DNA from: an uncultured Bacteroidales bacterium
Lineage (GTDB): Bacteria; Bacteroidota; Bacteroidia; Bacteroidales; WCHB1-69
Assembly: GCA_937901925.1 (NCBI GenBank)
Contig: CALGTS010000046.1
Span: 6,803 to 70,802 of the forward strand
Direction of reading: 5' to 3'
DNA length: 64,000 nt
In this document: positions 36,190 through 43,543 of the stretch, one piece after another
Position numbering within the stretch: position 1 is the first letter of the stretch
Layout: every line of letters starts with the position of its first letter
Notes under the pieces: generated by a model
What the model saw: the letters and a program-made list of their open reading frames with translations, nothing else
The model's database searches: none
Told to the model about the DNA's origin: nothing
Made by a program: the position numbers and the translations under genes

Positions 36190-38250
36190 ATGATTAACAA
36201 CAAATTAATAGACCCTAAAAGCATCGTTGTTATTGGTGCTTCCAATGACGTTTCCAAACCTGGTGGAAAAGTATTAAAAAATCTTTTAGAGAGCAACTTC
36301 CAAGGTAATGTTTATGCTATCAACCCTAAAGAAAGTGAAGTTCAAGGCGTAAAATGTTATAAATCAGTGGAAGAACTTCCTCAAGTTGATTGTGCAATTT
36401 TAGCGATTGCTGCAAAATATTGCCCAGCAACCGTTGAAACCTTAGCAAAAGAGAAAGGAACGGGCGGCTATATCATTCTTTCTGCAGGTTTTTCTGAAGA
36501 GAACGAAATTGGTGCACAATTAGAGAAATCTATTGTTGACAGCATCAATAGTGTTGGTGGCAGTTTAATTGGTCCTAATTGTACTGGATTTTTGAATACT
36601 AACTATTGTGGAGCTTTTGATGCTCCCATTCCTTCACTTAGCAACCAAGGTGTAGATTTCATCACAGGTTCTGGTGCAACAGCTGTATTTATTAAAGAAT
36701 ACGGAATGACCAACGGATTGTCTTTCAATAGTGTTTGGGCTGTAGGAAACTCTGCGCAAATGGGAATTGAAGAGGTTTTGGAACATTTAGACACTACCTT
36801 CAACCCTGCAACAAGCTCTAAAGTGATTATGTTGTATATGGAAAACATCCGCAATCCTCGCAAATTGCTACAACACGCTACTTCACTAATTGGTAAGGGT
36901 TGTAAAATTGCTGCTATTAAATCGGGAGGTTCTGCAGCAGGAAGCCGTGCAGCATCTTCACACACTGGCGCATTAGCAACTTCAGATGTTGCTGTTGACG
37001 CACTTTTCCGCAAAGCAGGAATTGTTCGTTGCCACAACCGCGAAGAGTTAACAACCGTTTGCTCAATCTTTATGCATCCTGAAGTGAAAGGTAAAAACAT
37101 TGCCGTTATTACACACGCAGGCGGACCTGCCGTTATGCTTACCGATGTGCTTTCTAATAATGGCTTGGAAGTTCCTCATATTGAAGGTCCTAAGGCCGAC
37201 GAACTTTTAGGCAAGCTATTCGCAGGCTCCTCTGTTGGTAATCCTATCGACTTTTTAGCAACTGGAACTGCAGAACAGTTAGGCACAATCATCGACTATT
37301 GCGAGAACGAATTCGACAACATTGACGCAATGGCTGTTATTTTCGGTTCACCAGGGCTTTTTGCGAACTGGGAGGTTTACGATGTGTTAGATAAGAAGAT
37401 GAAAACCTGCAAGAAACCAATCTTCCCAATTTTACCATCTATTATTAATGTAAAAGAGGAGATTGCTGATTTTATTGAAAATAAGAAGAGAATTAATTTC
37501 CCAGAAGAGTGTGTGTTCGGAAACGCATTAGCAAAAGTTGTAAACACACCTAAACCACAACCTCTTGCGCCTGAAATGCCACAAGTTGATGTTGCTGCCA
37601 TTCGCCGCGTTGTTGACAACTGCGAAGCTGGTTACTTGGGATTAGAAGATATTCGTACATTGTTAGATGCTGCAGGAATTTCTCGCAAAATGGAAGTTGA
37701 AGTTGACAATGTAGACGCAGCTGTTGATTTCGCGAGAAAAGTTGGATATCCTCTTGTTATGAAAGTAGTCGGTCCTCTTCACAAGTCTGATGTAGGCGGC
37801 GTTGTCTTGAATGTAAAAGATGAAGAAACCGTTATTCGCGAATTCAATCGTCTTATCAAGATCCCTGAAACATATGCAGTTGAGATCTATCCAATGTTAT
37901 TTGGAACAGAAGTATTCATTGGAGCTTCTAAAGAGGAAAAATTTGGGCACCAAGTATTGTTTGGGTTAGGCGGAATTTTCGTTGAAGTGATGAAAGATGT
38001 TAAAGCAGCATTAGCTCCAGTTAGCCAATCCGAAGCACTTTCATTGTTGAAACAACTTCGTGGTTATAAGATTTTGAAAGGTGTTCGCGGCCAAGAACCT
38101 GTTAATGAAGAGCTATTCGCAGAAACAGTTGCCCGTGTGTCTGCATTGGTAACTGCAGCACCTGAAATTGCTGAGATGGACCTAAACCCACTTTTAGGCA
38201 CCTCCAAAAGCATTACTGCTGTTGATGCTCGCATCAGAATTGAAAAATAG
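36190..38250 (+). CDS. ADP-forming acetyl-CoA synthetase / NDP-forming acyl-CoA synthetase (fused CoA-binding and ATP-grasp domains)
   Basis: 686 aa. The N-terminal CoA-binding region reads PKSIVVIGASNDVSKPGGKVLKNL...VYAINPK. A succinyl-CoA-ligase-like core reads GPNCTGF...SHTGALA (phospho-His loop). The C-terminal ATP-grasp region reads GYPLVMKVVGPLHKSDVGGVVLNV. Confidence 0.8.
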   Translation: MINNKLIDPKSIVVIGASNDVSKPGGKVLKNLLESNFQGNVYAINPKESEVQGVKCYKSVEELPQVDCAILAIAAKYCPATVETLAKEKGTGGYIILSAGFSEENEIGAQLEKSIVDSINSVGGSLIGPNCTGFLNTNYCGAFDAPIPSLSNQGVDFITGSGATAVFIKEYGMTNGLSFNSVWAVGNSAQMGIEEVLEHLDTTFNPATSSKVIMLYMENIRNPRKLLQHATSLIGKGCKIAAIKSGGSAAGSRAASSHTGALATSDVAVDALFRKAGIVRCHNREELTTVCSIFMHPEVKGKNIAVITHAGGPAVMLTDVLSNNGLEVPHIEGPKADELLGKLFAGSSVGNPIDFLATGTAEQLGTIIDYCENEFDNIDAMAVIFGSPGLFANWEVYDVLDKKMKTCKKPIFPILPSIINVKEEIADFIENKKRINFPEECVFGNALAKVVNTPKPQPLAPEMPQVDVAAIRRVVDNCEAGYLGLEDIRTLLDAAGISRKMEVEVDNVDAAVDFARKVGYPLVMKVVGPLHKSDVGGVVLNVKDEETVIREFNRLIKIPETYAVEIYPMLFGTEVFIGASKEEKFGHQVLFGLGGIFVEVMKDVKAALAPVSQSEALSLLKQLRGYKILKGVRGQEPVNEELFAETVARVSALVTAAPEIAEMDLNPLLGTSKSITAVDARIRIEK

Positions 38251-38274
38251 TCTCAAATCCACTTATATTTTACC

Positions 38275-38305
38275 AAGGGATGCTACTACTGCATCCCTTT
38301 TTTTC
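38275..38305 (+). terminator. Rho-independent terminator after the acetyl-CoA synthetase gene
   Basis: AAGGGATGC-TACTACT-GCATCCCTT followed by TTTTT. It abuts the stop of the convergent gene at 38306. Confidence 0.8.
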
Positions 38306-40348
38306 TCAAAAGCTCAATATTATCTGTCCTTTTATTTCTGTTTTATGATTTGCATTAATCTCTTCTAACCCACTTCCAACAGAATTTCTATCTCGGAAAA
38401 GCAACCGTGAAATTTTAATTTGGAAACTTATAAAACGCCACTTATATTGACAAATAGCGTAGAATTTTATCCCTTTCCCATAATAACTCGCAATGGTAAA
38501 TGTTTGCGTTAAATCATTCTCATACGCATACAAACGTTCATTATAACTATCCGTATCAAATAGCGCAACACGAGCAATGAATGAAAAATTGGGCTTAGGA
38601 AACTTTACACAAAAATCTTGATACAGAAGCATTCCTGACATTTTCTTTCCATTCTGATGCTTAACGAAAATAAAATTCACTCCTGTTTTTAGAGAGAAAT
38701 AACCTAATCCGAAAACCTTCAACGTAACTCCCAACTTATGAGATGGCAAATCAACAATATTATTATAGTATTGATTGCTAAAATTTTGATATAGATGATA
38801 ATATTTATATTGCAATATTCCTGATAGTGTGCGGGCAGGTGACCACTCCGCCTTGAGAGAGAAATCAGCATATCGGGAAGGTTTATCTAAACGATACTTC
38901 AACCAGAAAATTTGATAAAAATCAGACGATAGATTAAGTGATAATTTGGGCAATAAAAAAAGTTTCGCATTTAGAAGTAAGCCCATTTCATTATTCATTT
39001 GCGTATTGCGAGAATAAGCACCCCCATAAGTTGCATAATAATGCTTTCCATAGTAGCGAAAAAGGAGTGACAAATGTAAACGCGGATGCAATTTTACTAT
39101 GGCTCCTTGCAAAATTGCAGGGGCTCCCTGAAACGTAGTTGCAACCTCTCCAAATAAAACGCTATTTTTCACAACAAGTTGATAATCAATACTTATATTA
39201 CCACCTTTATCTCCTGTAAAGCAATAAAGTTGGTAAAGATTTCCTGAATTATAATTGGGATACAAATAGTTATCGGACAAGGCGGATACGCCTATTTTAA
39301 AGCGGGGAAATCGAATCATAAAATTTCCACCATAAACCCAGCATGGCACTGTTTTTCGCTTACTTATTTCTGTATCCGTACGATGATAGCCACCTACAGA
39401 AAGTGCACTCTCCAAAAATGGCGTCTCCGCTATCGTATCGTTAAGTTGCGCGTCGTAGAAACGGAATGAGCAAAACATCGTGGCCAAATAACGATAATTA
39501 CCTAATTCTACTGCAATTCCTCTAAAAAATTGAGATTCATTCATTGCTGTAATCGGGCGCAATGTAGTCACCATTTGGCGCGCCCCTTCTACCGTTCCAC
39601 TCCCCATGCGCAAACCATTTCCTAACAACAATCCTTGCCCTATGGAAACTCTATAATCTCCTAAAATCAATGATTTTAACCAAGAAATATTCTTAATCTG
39701 AACATGTCCCGAATAGAAGTCAAATCCATATTTCTGAACGCTTCTCCCCCACTGCTCCCCAGCATCTTTTTCACCTGCAATACCTAACGAGAAATTATCG
39801 CCTGAAGTAAACGTATATTTAAACATCAATCTTTGCGGTGTTCCCAAATAGTGCGAATTACGAGTGGTATCATATCCTAATTTAGGTTCTAAAATTTGTC
39901 CATAACGCAGCAAGAGTTTCTGTTTGGATCTTGGAAAAAATTTGGAGAAATAGCGTTTCTTGGTTATAACGGGCTTTACATATATGTAAGGCAAAAGTTT
40001 CATAACCATTTCCCTATCAAACCCCTCCACCGCAGCCAACTCATACAACGACAACAATTCTCCCGATTCATAAATATATTTTTTCAGATGATAATATTGA
40101 TAATCTGTCAGTTTCAAAAAGAGAAATGCTTGAGGTTCCGTCAAATCATTGATATTATATTTTTCCTCTTCTATCTGAAAATCTAATAATTCTTCAACAT
40201 CTTCCTCATCTTCAATGTCTATAGTTTGCCATTCAATAGCATCAATGACCTCATCAATTATCGCAGAGTTTTGTACCAACGTATCTATCTGACAACAAAC
40301 ACGGAAACTCAATAGGAGAAACAAACAAATTACAGTTATCTTCTTCAT
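38306..40348 (-). CDS. Putative outer-membrane beta-barrel protein with N-terminal ComEA-like helix-hairpin-helix module
   Basis: 680 aa from the ATG at 40348 (MKKITVICLFLLLSFRVCCQ signal). An acidic linker precedes YNINDLTEPQAFLFLKLTDYQYYHLKKYIYESGELLSLYELAAVEGFDREMVMKLLPYIYV. That stretch aligns by eye with the ComEA HhH pattern (iNiN.A..eeL..l.gi....A..I..yR...G.f.s.eeL..V.Gi.......l.pyi.v). About 550 aa of alternating aromatic and Gly-rich beta-strand-like sequence follow. The protein ends in ...GQIILSF, a C-terminal Phe beta-signal. Confidence 0.55.
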   Translation of the reverse strand: MKKITVICLFLLLSFRVCCQIDTLVQNSAIIDEVIDAIEWQTIDIEDEEDVEELLDFQIEEEKYNINDLTEPQAFLFLKLTDYQYYHLKKYIYESGELLSLYELAAVEGFDREMVMKLLPYIYVKPVITKKRYFSKFFPRSKQKLLLRYGQILEPKLGYDTTRNSHYLGTPQRLMFKYTFTSGDNFSLGIAGEKDAGEQWGRSVQKYGFDFYSGHVQIKNISWLKSLILGDYRVSIGQGLLLGNGLRMGSGTVEGARQMVTTLRPITAMNESQFFRGIAVELGNYRYLATMFCSFRFYDAQLNDTIAETPFLESALSVGGYHRTDTEISKRKTVPCWVYGGNFMIRFPRFKIGVSALSDNYLYPNYNSGNLYQLYCFTGDKGGNISIDYQLVVKNSVLFGEVATTFQGAPAILQGAIVKLHPRLHLSLLFRYYGKHYYATYGGAYSRNTQMNNEMGLLLNAKLFLLPKLSLNLSSDFYQIFWLKYRLDKPSRYADFSLKAEWSPARTLSGILQYKYYHLYQNFSNQYYNNIVDLPSHKLGVTLKVFGLGYFSLKTGVNFIFVKHQNGKKMSGMLLYQDFCVKFPKPNFSFIARVALFDTDSYNERLYAYENDLTQTFTIASYYGKGIKFYAICQYKWRFISFQIKISRLLFRDRNSVGSGLEEINANHKTEIKGQIILSF

Positions 40349-40353
40349 ACAGC

Positions 40354-41148
40354 TTATTTTTGGCTCCAACTAAAAGTGATGACAGCAGATTGAGAGAATC
40401 CTACTTGATAATCATATTGTGAACGTAACGAGAAGAGTAATGAACGCCATTGACACGATATATCGGCTGAAAGCGAATGTAAAGACACAGTACACTTGAG
40501 CGCTAAACAACGCAAAACGTAATAAGCAGAAAGATTAACATCCCAATTCCCTGGAAGATCTTTAGAAAGTTGTGCGGATAGAAATAAATCTCGATGAATT
40601 TTGTAATACAACATCGATTGCAAAGTGATGGGAATAGGATTCTCACTTACAACTCCATAATGTAAATGCGCGGGATTATATGCTTGCAAAACCACACCTA
40701 TTTGATCGTTTACTTCACCACATAAAGAGAGATCAAAAGTAATAGAATGAACTGGATTATAGCTCTTTGCATGAAACATTGAATAATAAAAATGGGATAC
40801 GATTGCAAAACGTGGAGAGATTTTTAAACCATATCCTACCCGACCTAACAATTCACCAAAACGAGAAAATCCCGTATGTTGAACCGAAGCAAAAAAACGA
40901 TGTCGCCGATATGCAAAAGAGCAAGAAAATCGCTCAGAAGTCATCTCCTTGAGAAAATAGCGATTTTCCACTGATAATGAAAGCAGATTATTGTCTGAGT
41001 TTATCAATAAAATTGGAAGATTTTCTGATTCTGAGAACCTAAAATAGGTATCACAAGAGAGAGAATTATTTTGTGCATACAACACAGAAGTTATTAATTC
41101 TAAACAAAATAGAGAAATTAGTAATCGTAGTAAAAAAAGTTTTTTCAT
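40354..41148 (-). CDS. Putative outer-membrane protein, unknown family
   Basis: 264 aa from the ATG at 41148 (MKKLFLLRLLISLFCLELITSVLYAQ signal peptide). It has a beta-strand-like alternating pattern. Its stop lies 5 nt upstream of the next gene's ATG. Confidence 0.45.
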   Translation of the reverse strand: MKKLFLLRLLISLFCLELITSVLYAQNNSLSCDTYFRFSESENLPILLINSDNNLLSLSVENRYFLKEMTSERFSCSFAYRRHRFFASVQHTGFSRFGELLGRVGYGLKISPRFAIVSHFYYSMFHAKSYNPVHSITFDLSLCGEVNDQIGVVLQAYNPAHLHYGVVSENPIPITLQSMLYYKIHRDLFLSAQLSKDLPGNWDVNLSAYYVLRCLALKCTVSLHSLSADISCQWRSLLFSLRSQYDYQVGFSQSAVITFSWSQK

Positions 41149-41167
41149 CGTGGTAAAATTCAATCTG

Positions 41168-41175
41168 CAAATATA
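41168..41175 (-). promoter_or_regulatory. -7 promoter box TATATTTG for the two-gene outer-membrane operon
   Basis: The plus strand reads caaatata. It lies 20 nt upstream of the ATG at 41148, which supports that start over the ATG at 41163. Confidence 0.5.
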
Positions 41176-41298
41176 TAAATTATTTTATCATAATTACATT
41201 ATTTTGTTTTAATTTTTAAGATAATGAAATAATAGCTGGGAGGAACAAACTTTTCCAATTTAGAAACGTTAGAATAATGTAATCAAAAAATCAAAACT

Positions 41299-41514
41299 AT
41301 GAAAACATTAAACATTTTTGCGTTATTAGGTGGCATAGCCATTGGCGCAGCAGCAGCATTGTTATTCGCTCCAGACAGCGGAAAGAACACCCGAAACAAA
41401 ATTTATAACAAACTAAAAGAGAAAGGGATAGAGCTATCTCCAGAACAATTAGAGTTGCTAATTGAAAAAATAAAAGGAGGTTGTTACAGCAACAAGTCCG
41501 TTGAAAAGAGTTAA
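41299..41514 (+). CDS. YtxH domain-containing small protein
   Basis: 71 aa with GGIAIGAAAALLFAPDSGKNTRNKI, the YtxH signature (TM/amphipathic helix followed by APxSGxxTR). Confidence 0.65.
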   Translation: MKTLNIFALLGGIAIGAAAALLFAPDSGKNTRNKIYNKLKEKGIELSPEQLELLIEKIKGGCYSNKSVEKS

Positions 41515-41544
41515 CAATGAAACAACTGGAATCAGGAGGTTAAG

Positions 41545-41913
41545 ATGAGTACTATGTACAGCAACTTAGGCAACGAGACGAAAGAGTATCTAAATCTGCA
41601 AATTCAATTATTAAAACTGAATCTTGTAGAGAAAATTTCTCAAACGATTTCGCTAATCATAACGATTATGGCAGGAATACTACTAACGCTAGGAGCTTTC
41701 TTATACCTATCGATTATCTTTGTCATTCAGATAGCAAATCATACAGGTAGTTTTAGTGTGGGGCTACTCATCATTGCTACCATCTTTCTCATCATCTTCC
41801 TCCTCCTGATTCTCTTTAAGAAACGTCTGATTGTCAATCCGATAATCAAAACTATAAGCGCAATTATATTCAACAAAGCAGAGGAGAGAAAGGAGGTTAC
41901 TGATGAGGAATAA
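41545..41913 (+). CDS. Small two-TM membrane protein (holin-X/YqjE-like family)
   Basis: 122 aa with two long hydrophobic helices separated by a short loop. It follows a YtxH gene, as in many Bacteroidota. The family assignment is from memory. Confidence 0.4.
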   Translation: MSTMYSNLGNETKEYLNLQIQLLKLNLVEKISQTISLIITIMAGILLTLGAFLYLSIIFVIQIANHTGSFSVGLLIIATIFLIIFLLLILFKKRLIVNPIIKTISAIIFNKAEERKEVTDEE

Positions 41914-42157
41914 CTTCAATGCACGATATGCAAATATAGGAAGTTTAGAGGAACTTATCTTTGAAAAGAAACAATTGGAACAAAAACTCAAAGTAGGGAA
42001 AGAACGGATTTATATGGGTATTTCTGAGGTTTATAAAGATTGGAGTTTCATTCCCCAAACGGCACGATTTATATCTCGTATTAGGGATTACGTTCCCAAA
42101 CTACTTCAAATCACCACGTTGATTTTCAACCTTTTCCTTCATCACAAAAGAAAATAA
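41903..42157 (+). CDS. Hypothetical small protein, third gene of the YtxH cluster
   Basis: An 84-aa ORF overlapping the previous gene by 11 nt. It has an N-terminal coiled-coil-like segment and a hydrophobic C-terminus. Confidence 0.35.
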   Translation: MRNNFNARYANIGSLEELIFEKKQLEQKLKVGKERIYMGISEVYKDWSFIPQTARFISRIRDYVPKLLQITTLIFNLFLHHKRK

Positions 42158-42185
42158 AAGCGAACTTATAATAAGTTCGCTTTTA
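42157..42185. terminator. Bidirectional rho-independent terminator (YtxH cluster / TolC-like gene)
   Basis: AAAGCGAACTTA-TAA-TAAGTTCGCTTTT, a 9-bp stem with flanking A- and T-runs between convergent genes. Confidence 0.75.
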
Positions 42186-42207
42186 CTTTATATTATATGT
42201 TAGAGCT

Positions 42208-43479
42208 TTACAATCTTCCTTGCAAAGCAAGCATCTCAAATTTCGCCTTTAGCAGTTGCATATTATGCATCTCTTTATTTATAAGGGACTGAAGTTCATC
42301 ATTTTGCTGTTTAATATAATCATACGCAGTAATTGTTCCATTCATCAACTGAATTTTGTATGTTGCCGTAATCTCAGCATATTTTTGCGTAATTTTCTCG
42401 TCCAAACTCAAAAGATTTTCTAACTTCATAATCTCGTTCGATTTTTCCTTAATTTTCATTGCATTTAAGGTCCTGAAGTCAAACTCTTGACTTTGAAGAA
42501 TTTGCCGCTGCAACATAACAATATCACCAATTCCAACGGTTTTTGCCCAAGAGATTAATGGAACTTTAAAATTTACACCTACCTGATAAAACCATTTAAA
42601 TTGATTTTGAAAAATATTGTAAGAAGGACGACCATACCCACCTGTTGCATAAATAGATATACTTGGCAAACTATTAAAAACATACATTTTACGCTGAAAG
42701 TCAAGTCCTTTCTTACTAGTTTCAAAAATATTAAACTCTAATCGTAAAGATTCAGAATTATGGTCAATTATAGGATCGGAAGGTACCTCAAAAATAACAT
42801 TTGACAAATCTCTTCCAGTGATAATAGAAAGTGATGCAACCAAAGTTTTCTTCGTCGAAATCAACTCACTACTTTGTTGTTCTATTTTAAGGGCTTGTAA
42901 TTCTAACTCAGAAACAGTATTTCCATGCACAACGCCCTCCTTATAAAGTGTTTTTAGTTGCTCTAGCTGCTCAGAAATTGTCTTTTCAACATTTTGAAGA
43001 AGAACCAATTGCTTGTCTAAAATCAATAAGTTCATATAAATAGCAAGCACTTGCTCTTTCAAATCATTGATTGTCAAGTCCAATTTATTGATCTCGGTCA
43101 TATTCATCATCTTCTCATACTTTCGTGCATAAACCGACTTCAAGCCATCGAATACCACTTGTTCAAAATCGAGTGTAACGCCGTAGTAATCTCGAGATAA
43201 TTTATCTAAATTGTAATCTTCATAAAAAGAATCGGGTAGTTGAGGTACGTCAGATTGATATGAAATTCTACCATTAATTTCCAATTTTGGATAAAGATGT
43301 GAAGACACATCGTTCAATTTTACCTTCAACAGTTCTGCATTTAACTCTTTTTGCACATTTGCAGAAGATTGAGCTACCGCCCATTCTTGACACTGAAGCA
43401 TTGTTACAACTTCTTGAGCAACAATAAATTGCACAAAAGGAATTAAAACTAAAAATAAAGACAAAAATATCTTTCGCAT
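42208..43479 (-). CDS. TolC family outer-membrane efflux protein
   Basis: 423 aa from the ATG at 43479 (MRKIFLSLFLVLIPF signal). It shows a two-fold repeated coiled-coil/beta pattern typical of TolC/OprM-like proteins (LKVKLNDVSSHLYPKLEINGRISYQ...; second repeat ...PSISIYATGGYGRP). The ORF-track start at 43485 is a TTG. Confidence 0.65.
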   Translation of the reverse strand: MRKIFLSLFLVLIPFVQFIVAQEVVTMLQCQEWAVAQSSANVQKELNAELLKVKLNDVSSHLYPKLEINGRISYQSDVPQLPDSFYEDYNLDKLSRDYYGVTLDFEQVVFDGLKSVYARKYEKMMNMTEINKLDLTINDLKEQVLAIYMNLLILDKQLVLLQNVEKTISEQLEQLKTLYKEGVVHGNTVSELELQALKIEQQSSELISTKKTLVASLSIITGRDLSNVIFEVPSDPIIDHNSESLRLEFNIFETSKKGLDFQRKMYVFNSLPSISIYATGGYGRPSYNIFQNQFKWFYQVGVNFKVPLISWAKTVGIGDIVMLQRQILQSQEFDFRTLNAMKIKEKSNEIMKLENLLSLDEKITQKYAEITATYKIQLMNGTITAYDYIKQQNDELQSLINKEMHNMQLLKAKFEMLALQGRL

Positions 43480-43497
43480 AATCAAAATTTAAAAGTG

Positions 43498-43505
43498 CAA
43501 AAATA
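43498..43505 (-). promoter_or_regulatory. -7 promoter box TATTTTTG for the TolC-like gene
   Basis: The plus strand reads caaaaata. It lies 19 nt upstream of the ATG at 43479. Confidence 0.5.
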
Positions 43506-43543
43506 CATTACTTTTTGAATTGTTCAGTTTAATATCTTCCAAC

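Noticed and set aside
41545-41913. Holin-like membrane protein as evidence of a prophage remnant
   Set aside because: There are no endolysin, integrase, capsid or tail genes anywhere nearby. Its conserved association with YtxH points to a cellular membrane and stress role.
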